From the IMG/VR virus record IMGVR_UViG_3300031787_000117, positions 1 to 62,292 of that record: DNA of 62,292 bases. One strand, given 5' to 3'. Made by a program: the position numbers and the translations under genes. Shown here in pieces: positions 27,960 through 35,650 of the stretch (the stretch's first letter is position 1; every line of letters begins with the position of its first letter). The stretch is from a virus (lineage: Duplodnaviria > Caudoviricetes). Below the pieces are notes generated by a model. The model was not told the origin of the DNA. It was given only the letters and a program-made list of their open reading frames with translations, and searched no databases.

Positions 27960-28303
27960 GCGTTCTTCTCCTTCAGTTTGGCTTCGATGTCTTTTGCCAT
28001 CTGCCACAAGCCTGTACCGAAATTTGCGTTGATAACTTGTTCGCGCTCCTCATCCGTCAGACCCTGCCATTGGCTTCGTATCACCGGCTCTGATTGCATT
28101 TGCGCGGCGTCCACCATAGCGTTAACGGCTTTGTACAAAGCCGCGGCTTTGTCTACGCTGCTTTGTGCTTGTTTGCTCATGCCATCCACAAATCCAGACT
28201 CGTACCCATGCTGCCATGCGCTTTGCGTTTGCTGCCTCGCGGTGGCAAGAGGGTTGCACACTGTGTTGTCCCATTGAACCCAAGAGCTAAATGGCTTATC
28301 CAT
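27956..28303 (-). CDS. Hypothetical protein, WxGLTDEE family
   Basis: QWQGLTDEE...DIEAKLKEKN C-terminus. Confidence 0.7.
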   Translation of the reverse strand: MDKPFSSWVQWDNTVCNPLATARQQTQSAWQHGYESGFVDGMSKQAQSSVDKAAALYKAVNAMVDAAQMQSEPVIRSQWQGLTDEEREQVINANFGTGLWQMAKDIEAKLKEKNA

Positions 28304-28664
28304 TGTTCTTTTCCTTTAAACGCGCCTCTGCATCGCGGATGATGTCAGGGATGTGGACATACTCACCATTCGCCGCGTGCGCTCCACCGTATGCAGAGCG
28401 AGCATCGTCTGACCAGTAATCCATCATGGATTCAATCTCCTCATCTGTCAGCCCTTTCCATTGCGATGACGCAGGCAGGGACTCGAACCCTGCACCACTC
28501 CCGCCTAGACGGGGCTCTACCCTTCGAGCTACTGCGTCGTTATATCCAGCTTCGTACCCAAGCGCGTGACAAAGCTCAGGATCTTCTTTCCATTGCGGGT
28601 CGATTGATCGCCAATGTTCTTTTGTCATCGCCAACATCATTTTGTGAAGCTCGCGGTCAGTCAT
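28296..28664 (-). CDS. Hypothetical protein, WxGLTDEE family (contains tRNA-like insert)
   Basis: Likely start MTDRELH; QWKGLTDEE...AEARLKEKN. Confidence 0.7.
   Translation of the reverse strand: MTDRELHKMMLAMTKEHWRSIDPQWKEDPELCHALGYEAGYNDAVARRVEPRLGGSGAGFESLPASSQWKGLTDEEIESMMDYWSDDARSAYGGAHAANGEYVHIPDIIRDAEARLKEKNNG
28467..28538 (-). pseudogene. Degenerate tRNA-like element
   Basis: GACGCAG/CTGCGTC acceptor stem, TAGCTC..GGTAGAGC D arm, GGTTCGAGTCC T arm; anticodon loop collapsed, no CCA. Confidence 0.7.
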
Positions 28665-29184
28665 GGTTGCGCTCGCGGAGTTTGGCTTCGATGGCGCGAG
28701 CAAACGAATACGGCAGCATCCGCTCACCCTCAACATTTAGATGCCCGGCTTCGGTGATCTCATCATCCGTCAGCCCTTGCCATTGGCGCGGGGTGGTGTG
28801 TTGAACGAACGCGCCGTTCCTGAACTCGCGCAACAAATCCGCAGCCATCTTTTCTGCACCAGCCCGGCTGCGGAACTTCCCATGTTCGGTCGGGCTGTCG
28901 CCTATAAGCACGTGCCACCAGAACGCCCCGCGCACTACCTTAAAGCGGTCGATTCCAATGCCGTGATCGAACGCCACCGGCTCCTGTGCCTGCTCGATTG
29001 CAGCCCGCAGCCGGTGGATCTCTACCATGTGCTCGCGCAGCGATGCTTGCAACGCCTCGACCTCATCCCAATCGCCGTGGGTCTGCTCGATTGCAGCGCG
29101 GAGAGCGGTGATCGCTTCATAGCGCAACTTGGTTTCGCCTCGCTCCAACGCTTCTAGTGCCTGTTTCATCAACTCAAGGCTCAT
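28657..29184 (-). CDS. Hypothetical protein, WxGLTDEE family
   Basis: MKQALEALE N-terminus; QWQGLTDDE...ARAIEAKLRERN. Confidence 0.72.
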   Translation of the reverse strand: MSLELMKQALEALERGETKLRYEAITALRAAIEQTHGDWDEVEALQASLREHMVEIHRLRAAIEQAQEPVAFDHGIGIDRFKVVRGAFWWHVLIGDSPTEHGKFRSRAGAEKMAADLLREFRNGAFVQHTTPRQWQGLTDDEITEAGHLNVEGERMLPYSFARAIEAKLRERNHD

Positions 29185-29470
29185 TTCTCTTCCCTTGCTT
29201 TAATTCATTTTCTTGCATGTCCGCTACCTCGCTCTCCACCCTCCATCGTATTTCGTCAGCTAAAAATTTAGCTACGCCTTTAGCTTCACCGTCGTAGCAG
29301 CAATCGACAATTAATTTTTCACACAACTTTGCGCACGTTTCACGCTCGGCAGCGGCGACAAGGTTGGCAAAGCGTTCAACGATTAGCGCATACGGTTCTT
29401 CCGTCAGATCGTTGACGTACAGATGTAGTCCTGCCTCCCGCGCCATCTCGATGATGTCTTCTCGTGTCAT
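29174..29470 (-). CDS. Hypothetical protein (MTREDII.MAREAG family)
   Basis: MTREDIIEMAREAG...ERFANLVAAAERETCAKLC. Confidence 0.7.
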   Translation of the reverse strand: MTREDIIEMAREAGLHLYVNDLTEEPYALIVERFANLVAAAERETCAKLCEKLIVDCCYDGEAKGVAKFLADEIRWRVESEVADMQENELKQGKRNEP

Positions 29471-29697
29471 TTTTTCTTCCTCACTCCTGCCCACCGAAAC
29501 GGTAGCCGCGACCCAAACCCGGAGAACGTCAGGCGTGTAACCCTCGCATACATCGCGTCTCGCACAACTTTCCTGCCGTTGCCGGGTAGCTTGATGTTGT
29601 CAACGTAGTAATCAACAATCCCTTTACAGTCATCAATCAGACTGTCGATTGTCTCTTCTATGCTCTGCTTCGAGCTCTCTGATATCCATGGCTGCAT
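29467..29697 (-). CDS. Hypothetical protein (start uncertain)
   Basis: Stop overlaps downstream ATG, but 5' part overlaps another ORF. Confidence 0.35.
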   Translation of the reverse strand: MQPWISESSKQSIEETIDSLIDDCKGIVDYYVDNIKLPGNGRKVVRDAMYARVTRLTFSGFGSRLPFRWAGVRKKK

Positions 29698-29809
29698 CTG
29701 CTACTCCGTGCCAGTCACCTCTCGCTACCATCACTTGTAGATACTCAATCAGAATGCGACGCTGAATGTCATGGTCGCCATAATCTGTGCCGTAAGTTGT
29801 TTCAAACAT
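29633..29809 (-). CDS. Small hypothetical protein (58 aa), not in ORF track
   Basis: AGGAG RBS; MFETTYG...YLQVMVARGDWHGVADAAMDIRELEA. Confidence 0.65.
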   Translation of the reverse strand: MFETTYGTDYGDHDIQRRILIEYLQVMVARGDWHGVADAAMDIRELEAEHRRDNRQSD

Positions 29810-29818
29810 TCCGATCTC

Positions 29819-30163
29819 CTACAACTTTCTGCGACCCAATCGGGCTCGCGTTAGTTTCTTCACGTCCGTTGGAATGTACCCAACAATCCCTTTGTCGCTC
29901 AGTTTGAAGATGATGTTTTCTTCCTCTAAGAATTTATGAGGATTTAGATCATCTTCGTCATACAGTTCAAATTTGATCCACGGGTTTTCGCATCGGCCCT
30001 CTTTGATCATTTGAGTCTGATAATCAGGGGTGCAGTCTGTACAAAACCCCGCTTCTCCTGGTGGACTGCGTCTGGCCGCTTCATGCCATTCTGCATACGT
30101 TGCTTTGTCTGTACACAGTGGCGTCCCAAAAAACGAAACGATCTTGTAGACAGGATCGAACAT
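29819..30163 (-). CDS. Hypothetical Cys-containing protein
   Basis: MFDPVY...FCTDCTPDYQ...GRCENP. Confidence 0.6.
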   Translation of the reverse strand: MFDPVYKIVSFFGTPLCTDKATYAEWHEAARRSPPGEAGFCTDCTPDYQTQMIKEGRCENPWIKFELYDEDDLNPHKFLEEENIIFKLSDKGIVGYIPTDVKKLTRARLGRRKL

Positions 30164-30164
30164 G

Positions 30165-30395
30165 TTACTTCGCCTTTTTTGGGTTGTCGGGAAGATCCAG
30201 GGTTCGATCTGCCAGGAGGTGTTTGGCCTCAATCGCACCTAATAGTTTCAACTGTTGGCTGGTCCAGAACCGGACATCATGCCGCCCATATCCTGGCCGG
30301 ACGTATGCATCATTACGCGTCAGATGAGGAACGTGCATCAGCCCATCCAACCAGTAAACGGTCTGCGGGATACGCTCTACGATTTTTTCTTTCAT
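30165..30395 (-). CDS. Hypothetical protein
   Basis: MKEKIVERIPQ...; ATGA overlap. Confidence 0.6.
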   Translation of the reverse strand: MKEKIVERIPQTVYWLDGLMHVPHLTRNDAYVRPGYGRHDVRFWTSQQLKLLGAIEAKHLLADRTLDLPDNPKKAK

Positions 30396-30565
30396 TTGGG
30401 TTCCTTTTGTTCTTGGATGGTTAACTGTGCGCGGGTGATGCGAGCATTGACCACAATCTGATCGCAAATCTCTTTGGCTTTGGCGTAGTCATTCTTCAAA
30501 CAAGCTTCATACATCTCGTGAACCAGTGTCTTCAGTAGCCAGTGCCCTTCACTGTAGTCAATCAT
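30392..30565 (-). CDS. Small hypothetical protein (57 aa), not in ORF track
   Basis: MIDYSEGHWLLKTLVHEMYEACLKNDY...; ATGA overlaps at both ends. Confidence 0.65.
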   Translation of the reverse strand: MIDYSEGHWLLKTLVHEMYEACLKNDYAKAKEICDQIVVNARITRAQLTIQEQKEPK

Positions 30566-30741
30566 TTCATCCGTTCCTTTCTCTCTTTAACCATGCCCTC
30601 TGCCACGTCAAATGCCGTTTGAGGAGATGCGCCACCCATCACGGCAAACGCCGCGAAGAAATCTAACAGTGTGATCTCCTCGATAGGCGGAACCTGGACG
30701 GGCAGCAGCGCGTTAAGACCCTCTGGTTTTTTTCGGGACAT
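30562..30741 (-). CDS. Small conserved phage protein (59 aa), not in ORF track
   Basis: AAGGAG RBS; ITLLDFFAAFA...AFDVAEGMVKER. Confidence 0.7.
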   Translation of the reverse strand: MSRKKPEGLNALLPVQVPPIEEITLLDFFAAFAVMGGASPQTAFDVAEGMVKERKERMK

Positions 30742-31027
30742 TGGTCGTCTCCTTCATAAGACTGGTAAGTCCTGCGCATAACAGAGAACTGACAGGCAAA
30801 CCATTGACAGACAAACTCTTGGCAGTTGGATTAGATTTGACTATCCGAATCGCATCATTGATAGCTTTGTTATATCCAGTATCGAACTCACTTGTACGCT
30901 GGAGATACATGGTTATGGCGTCACGCACCACAGAAGAAGCTTTGCGGTTCTGTGCTGCCTCTTTGAGTTGCTGGAAGATCTCCTCCGGTAAATGTACCGA
31001 GTACGGGATTAGGCGTTTTGTTGCCAT
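30713..31027 (-). CDS. Ribbon-helix-helix DNA-binding protein
   Basis: PYSVHLPEEIFQQLKEAA...SSVVRDAITMYL. Confidence 0.7.
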   Translation of the reverse strand: MATKRLIPYSVHLPEEIFQQLKEAAQNRKASSVVRDAITMYLQRTSEFDTGYNKAINDAIRIVKSNPTAKSLSVNGLPVSSLLCAGLTSLMKETTNVPKKTRGS

Positions 31028-31416
31028 GATTGAAAGTCCTGATTGATAGTCATAAGTTTTTTAACCGCGTCTTGGTTGTGTCCCAGTTCTTTGCGAGATT
31101 TGATGCCAAGCTCTGTCCGTAACCAGTCTGTTGTCTCGACCTCTGTGGCCTCGAAAATGAACCCACGATCCACTAAATAATCATGGAATGTTTTGTTCTT
31201 GCACAACATTCCGGCAAGTTGGACATAGTTAGGCTGACGCGCCATGGGCTGATCATGCTGATCCAGGCGAACCATCACGACCTGATACCGCGCCCCGACA
31301 AAGTCTCGAAGGATCTCCTCCGGAACTTCATCGGGGTGAATACGTAGGGTCAGGATGTAGCCGGTCGCGTCTTGCTTCATGGCAACCTTGACGGCCTCAT
31401 ACTGAGAGGTTTCCAT
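31009..31416 (-). CDS. Conserved hypothetical protein
   Basis: 135 aa coupled to ssb. Confidence 0.7.
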   Translation of the reverse strand: METSQYEAVKVAMKQDATGYILTLRIHPDEVPEEILRDFVGARYQVVMVRLDQHDQPMARQPNYVQLAGMLCKNKTFHDYLVDRGFIFEATEVETTDWLRTELGIKSRKELGHNQDAVKKLMTINQDFQSWQQNA

Positions 31417-31781
31417 CAGAACGGAATCTCTTCGTCAGCCGCGGGTTTCTTGGAGTCCACCTTAGAAATCGGATGAAGCTCACTGGCCACGATCTCCGTG
31501 ACGGTCTGCTCAACACCCTCTTTGTTGGTGTACTTGCGATAGTTCAACCGACCATCTACGAACACCGCCTGACCTTTGGTTAGTGTCCCAGCAACCTCAG
31601 CCACTTTGTCGTACGCCACAACGCGATGCCACTGGGTATCGCTGACCCATTCATTACCCTGTTTCTTGTTGACCGATGTAGCTACGTTGAGCGATGCCGC
31701 TGCTTTTCCGTTGTTTAACTGTCGAATCTCCGGGTCTTTACCCAACGCACCCAGCAGTGTGACGCGATTGATGTTAGCCAT
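31416..31781 (-). CDS. ssb: Single-stranded DNA-binding protein
   Basis: INRVTLLGALGKDPE, TQWHRVV, KGQAVFVDGRL, acidic DEEIPF tail. Confidence 0.95.
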   Translation of the reverse strand: MANINRVTLLGALGKDPEIRQLNNGKAAASLNVATSVNKKQGNEWVSDTQWHRVVAYDKVAEVAGTLTKGQAVFVDGRLNYRKYTNKEGVEQTVTEIVASELHPISKVDSKKPAADEEIPF

Positions 31782-31783
31782 GC

Positions 31784-32470
31784 TTATTCCTCTTTGAATT
31801 TGTCTTTGGAGTCGCGGAACATACCCAGCACTTGGTTATACGACTCGTCGCTAACCTGCTTCAGGTTTTCGTAGATCGCCTTGTTAACCTTGAAGATCTC
31901 GCGTACGTCAGCCGCGGTAGTCGCGAAGCCCAGTACCGTCTTGGTGATGTCAAGAACCGCATCAACCCAGCTATCAGCGTCACCGTCTTCATTCAGACCA
32001 ATGGATAGCTGCCAACTCCCAGGCTTTCCCTCGATCTTCTTTGGAGGTTTCACCACCGGTTTCGGTTCCGGTTTCGGCTCAGCTTTGACGGGCTCACCAA
32101 CCGTAGCGTCCAGTTGATCGTGCTCTACGATCTCGAGTGCAGTCATCCAGAGGTACCTACGCTGATAGGTCTGGATCGCGCCCATGTTCTGAATTGGATG
32201 AGTCCCTTTCAGCACTAGCTCAGCCATGGGGGACAGAATCACAATCGGATCTGACGGTTGATCAACGTCAAAGATCTTGAGCGTGGCGTACTCATTGGAA
32301 TACGACACTACGCCGCACAGTCCGACCTCAGCGAAGATCGATTGCACCGCGGGAAGGAAGTCGCCCAGTTCAAAGTAACTGAATCCGGCAAACTTGTTCT
32401 GGCCAGATTTCTTGAGTTCGATGCTCTGCAGCTTGATCCTGGCCTGCATCAGTTTCTTGTGTGCGCTCAT
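31784..32470 (-). CDS. erf: ERF-family single-strand annealing protein
   Basis: KKSGQNKFAGFSYFELGD; QNMGAIQTYQRRY. Confidence 0.85.
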   Translation of the reverse strand: MSAHKKLMQARIKLQSIELKKSGQNKFAGFSYFELGDFLPAVQSIFAEVGLCGVVSYSNEYATLKIFDVDQPSDPIVILSPMAELVLKGTHPIQNMGAIQTYQRRYLWMTALEIVEHDQLDATVGEPVKAEPKPEPKPVVKPPKKIEGKPGSWQLSIGLNEDGDADSWVDAVLDITKTVLGFATTAADVREIFKVNKAIYENLKQVSDESYNQVLGMFRDSKDKFKEE

Positions 32471-32733
32471 TTAGCGACTCCACTCTTTGGGGAGCGACGT
32501 TTCACAGAGTCTTTGCGACCTTTTGGGCGACCGCGACGTTTAGGAGTGACCGTCGCTTCAACCGGCGGGGCGTCTACATTGATCTCAGACGGCGGAAACG
32601 GCTCGGACTTCATGGGAATCTTGCGTTGAATATCAACCTGAATCAATACGCTTTCTAATAGGTCGTTAGACCGCGCACGAATGGCCGAAATAATGAAAGG
32701 AACATCCTCATCCATAAAATTAAGCGTCACCAT
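32467..32733 (-). CDS. Hypothetical protein with AT-hook-like motif
   Basis: PKRRGRPKG. Confidence 0.65.
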   Translation of the reverse strand: MVTLNFMDEDVPFIISAIRARSNDLLESVLIQVDIQRKIPMKSEPFPPSEINVDAPPVEATVTPKRRGRPKGRKDSVKRRSPKSGVAK

Positions 32734-33595
32734 TTTGAGTCCTCAAATATTCTTGGTACTGATCGCAAAACCCACTGACCGGGCAATAGTTGGCGCAGCG
32801 GATTCGTTCCCCTGAACGTACTTCAATGAAGTGGCCGTCAGTCAGGGCAGCTTCGGCCTCCTCTCGAGTGTCAAATACTTTCTTTGCCTTTACACCTCCT
32901 TCTTTCTTGATTGCGTACAAAGTGGGGCGCTCCCACATGTCCGTTGATGAACACTCCGGCAACTTCTCTTCCATGTCTGCATTGAACGCCGCATCAGAGT
33001 GCAGAGTGATCCGGTCTTCAATGAACTCCTGGCGCTGATCAAACGGCCACAAAGGGATGTCTATGACCACAACAGGGGCCTGTGGGTACTCAGGCTTAAC
33101 CTTCGCCTCACGAGCCGCCCAGTCGCGTACGATGGCCACGATCTGCAGCTTCTTAACGTTCTGCTTCTTGACCGTCTCAACTAGCCAAGCGTAGATGTTC
33201 AACTGCTTGTGCCAATCTTCCTTCTCGTTCATCACCGAGTACGCGCTTGTGACTTTGTAGTCACTGATGATGATCCCGTCCTCTTCCACTTCCTGCAGAT
33301 CGATAGCACCAGAGATAGACCAGCCAGCACACTCCGCATGTAGACGTTGCTCGACTACATGATGAACATCGCGACCGTGCTCAAGGATGTTGTGTACGGC
33401 AGATCCGAACAGTGACCACACCATCTCGGATGCGTCTTGCTCGAGAGACTCCCAGTTCTTCCTCTTCAACTGAACGATTCGCGGGCTGTTGATCAACTCC
33501 GTCGCAGAGATGTGTGCCTTGCCTTTGGAGTACGTCGGACGATGGAGTACATTGACAATCGTCTGCGGCAGGTTGTGTTTGTTCGTGATCTTCAT
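32720..33595 (-). CDS. PD-(D/E)XK Cas4-like exonuclease
   Basis: GSAVHNILE, SGAIDL, DYK, QLNIY, C-terminal RCANYCPVSGFC; adjacent to ERF. Confidence 0.85.
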   Translation of the reverse strand: MKITNKHNLPQTIVNVLHRPTYSKGKAHISATELINSPRIVQLKRKNWESLEQDASEMVWSLFGSAVHNILEHGRDVHHVVEQRLHAECAGWSISGAIDLQEVEEDGIIISDYKVTSAYSVMNEKEDWHKQLNIYAWLVETVKKQNVKKLQIVAIVRDWAAREAKVKPEYPQAPVVVIDIPLWPFDQRQEFIEDRITLHSDAAFNADMEEKLPECSSTDMWERPTLYAIKKEGGVKAKKVFDTREEAEAALTDGHFIEVRSGERIRCANYCPVSGFCDQYQEYLRTQNGDA

Positions 33596-33819
33596 TGGAT
33601 TGGCCTGTCTGCTTCGTTGTCAAACACTTCCCACAGATGCATCAACATATCGACTGTGTTTTCCTTCTCAACATCACAAGCGTTGGCAACGGTAATCAAC
33701 AACATGCAAGCAGCAATGAGTCCCTGCCGCGGTCCCGTCGTGATGTCCATCAGCACCTGCACTGTTTTGTGTGAGGCAGCTACGCAAGCAATCCATTCTT
33801 TTCGTTCTTCATCGGTCAC
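33592..33819 (-). CDS. Hypothetical protein
   Basis: AGGAG RBS, GTG start, first gene after leftward promoter. Confidence 0.65.
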   Translation of the reverse strand: MTDEERKEWIACVAASHKTVQVLMDITTGPRQGLIAACMLLITVANACDVEKENTVDMLMHLWEVFDNEADRPIQ

Positions 33820-33849
33820 AGTGGTCTCCTAACGGGTAATGGGGAGCGG

Positions 33850-33879
33850 AATATAACAGGTATATTTTGAGTGTGTCAA
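33850..33879 (-). promoter_or_regulatory. Leftward sigma70-type promoter
   Basis: Minus strand TTGACA-18 nt-TATATT with extended -10 TG. Confidence 0.7.
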
Positions 33880-33921
33880 AATGAACATGTCTGACTTGCA
33901 AAAAACGGAACGGAGGGATGG

Positions 33922-34263
33922 ATGAGAAGAGCCGCCAGGGTTGACAGTAACTCTCACGAGATCGTAGAGGGACTACGCAAGGCCGGCGCGTACGTCCGGG
34001 TGATCACGCAGGGGGATGGATTACCAGATCTTTTAGTCGGGTATCGGGGGCATACCTTGCTGATTGAGATCAAGGACGGACAGAAGCCGCCGTCACAGCA
34101 GAAGTTGACCGCGGCAGAGCAGAAGTTCTTTGACGAGTGGACAGGTGGCCCGCTGATCAAAGCTTCCTCTTTAGACGAAGCGATTGAGCTATTGCGTAAC
34201 CCGCATAAAGCTCAGCAGATGAGCATTCTTCGGCAAGTAACGGTTGACGTTTTGCGTGATTGA
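33922..34263 (+). CDS. VRR-NUC / Holliday-junction resolvase-like endonuclease
   Basis: RAARVDSN, GLPDLLVGYRG, LIEIKDG, LTAAEQKFFDEW. Confidence 0.8.
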   Translation: MRRAARVDSNSHEIVEGLRKAGAYVRVITQGDGLPDLLVGYRGHTLLIEIKDGQKPPSQQKLTAAEQKFFDEWTGGPLIKASSLDEAIELLRNPHKAQQMSILRQVTVDVLRD

Positions 34264-34277
34264 AGTAGACTACGTGT

Positions 34278-34326
34278 GTAGTCTCCTCCAGGTATATTTA
34301 CAGGGCTCTCGTGGCCCTGTTTTTTT
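34278..34326 (+). ncRNA. Candidate ~50-nt anti-Shine-Dalgarno small RNA
   Basis: TTGACG-16-TAGACT promoter (34244-34271), GTCTCCTCCAGGT, then intrinsic terminator. Confidence 0.45.
34300..34326 (+). terminator. Intrinsic terminator
   Basis: ACAGGGC-7 nt-GCCCTGT followed by T run. Confidence 0.8.
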
Positions 34327-34346
34327 AAGTGGCAACGTTGCCACTT
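34327..34346. promoter_or_regulatory. Palindrome copy 3 (20 bp AAGTGGCAACGTTGCCACTT), operator-like
   Basis: Intergenic; last two bases are the TT of a TTGACA -35 box. Confidence 0.85.
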
Positions 34347-34374
34347 GACACGTCTTGGAGTTGGTTGATACGAT
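34345..34374 (+). promoter_or_regulatory. Rightward sigma70-type promoter
   Basis: TTGACA-18 nt-TACGAT with extended -10 TG. Confidence 0.7.
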
Positions 34375-34379
34375 ACAAA

Positions 34380-34800
34380 TACCTGTTGGGCTGGTAATCC
34401 AACGGGAGCATCCACCTGCGAACATCCGAACCCTCATGGGGGCGGGCTTCGTCAAAGCACACAGAAGGCGGTGGAGCCAACTGTGTAGCGGCAAACCAAG
34501 CCTAAAGCCTATCCCCATGAGGGTTTTTTGTTTGGTGAGCCGGTTACCCGTACTCCGCACGATAGCAAGAGCCTGAATGGGCGGCGCGGAAGAAAACACA
34601 CGGCACCGAGCACCCCCGGTTTGTTCGTCGCCAGCCTGTCAACGAGGGACTGGTACAGATGTGGAAACAAGGGTGGTAGACAAGTTCCACATTGAAATAA
34701 TCGTTGCCGCCACGGTAGCCTGGGGCGCTAGAAAAGTTACTCTAGCCGCCTGGGGCGGGGGAGGAGGACGGGCTCCACCCCTTGGGCGACTCAGAACTTG
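34380..34800 (+). ncRNA. Candidate structured leader / ncRNA upstream of the ParB-helicase-primase operon
   Basis: 13-bp stem 34429-34441/34513-34525 plus T run, nested and further hairpins, no convincing ORF. Confidence 0.45.
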
Positions 34801-34823
34801 GGAATCTGGCTGGTATATTGGAA

Positions 34824-34854
34824 CGGAATATAACAGGTAACAAAGGGAAATCAA
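34824..34854 (-). promoter_or_regulatory. Second leftward promoter-like site (antisense to the leader)
   Basis: Shares the exact 16-mer CGGAATATAACAGGTA with the 33847-33862 promoter; TTGATT-16-TATATT on minus. Confidence 0.5.
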
Positions 34855-34858
34855 ACAA

Positions 34859-35647
34859 ATGTTCTTGAATATCAAAGACATAACGGTAGATCAGAAATAC
34901 CAAAGCCGAATTTCTCTGGATTTGGAACTCGTGCAAACGTACGCGGACCTGATGCGAGACGGCGTACGCTTTCCTCCGGTCACGGTTGTGCTCGTGGACA
35001 AGTCTACGTACGTCCTGGTGGATGGGTTTCACCGGTATCAAGCGACCAGTGACATTGACGAGTACGAGATCGAAGCCGACGTGATTACGGGTACGTGGCG
35101 GGATGTTTGGTTAGGGAAGTGGAAGGCCAACACTGCGCACGGTAAGCCTTTGAGCCGCACAGAGAAGCGTCGGTTGGTCTTGGAGATGTTGTCGGATGAT
35201 GAGTGCATCAAGTGGAGCAACCGGCAGATCGGTAAACACGTAGGGGTCAGTCATACGTTTGTCAGTGCTTTGCGCACCCCTGAAAGTGGCAACGTTGCCA
35301 CCCCGCCAGTGGAAAAGAAGCCAGTTCCCGTGGCCAAACCTGAGCCAAGTGGCAACGTTGCCACCCCTGCAGAGCCGGATGAGGGTCCGTCAGAGCAGGA
35401 TGTAATGATCGAAACCCTGGCGGAAGAGAACGCGGAGCTAACCAAAAAACTGGCTATGGCGGTGTTGCCGGCTGAGGAGAAGGAAGCGGCTGGTCAGTTG
35501 ATCGATGATCTTCGGGCCGAGATCAAGTTGTTGCGGGTGGAGTTGGAGTCGGTCAAGGCTAGCCGGGATCGGTATCAGTGGGAGAACGCTGAACTGAAGA
35601 AGCAGGTGGCTGCGCAACAGAGGCAGCTTAAGAAACTGCAGGGGTAA
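34859..35647 (+). CDS. parB: ParB-like protein (ParB/Srx N-domain, HTH, coiled coil)
   Basis: QSR, FPPVTV, LVDGFHRYQA; ANTAHG..L; HTH WSNRQIGKHVGVSHTFVSALR; C-terminal heptads. Confidence 0.82.
   Translation: MFLNIKDITVDQKYQSRISLDLELVQTYADLMRDGVRFPPVTVVLVDKSTYVLVDGFHRYQATSDIDEYEIEADVITGTWRDVWLGKWKANTAHGKPLSRTEKRRLVLEMLSDDECIKWSNRQIGKHVGVSHTFVSALRTPESGNVATPPVEKKPVPVAKPEPSGNVATPAEPDEGPSEQDVMIETLAEENAELTKKLAMAVLPAEEKEAAGQLIDDLRAEIKLLRVELESVKASRDRYQWENAELKKQVAAQQRQLKKLQG
35286..35364. promoter_or_regulatory. Palindrome copies 4 and 5 (GTGGCAACGTTGCCAC at 35286-35301 and 35349-35364)
   Basis: Two exact copies 63 bp apart inside the parB linker, each encoding SGNVATP. Confidence 0.85.
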
Positions 35648-35650
35648 GTA

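Noticed and set aside
28467-28538. Functional amber-suppressor tRNA (CTA in loop)
   Set aside because: Loop is 4 nt rather than 7 and there is no CCA; TAG serves as a normal stop in several genes, so no sign of recoding
32720-33595. Cas4 as part of a CRISPR system
   Set aside because: Sits with ERF and SSB as a standard phage recombination exonuclease
34355-34881. Short ORFs in the region upstream of parB
   Set aside because: No RBS or protein-like features; the region is better explained by promoters and RNA stems
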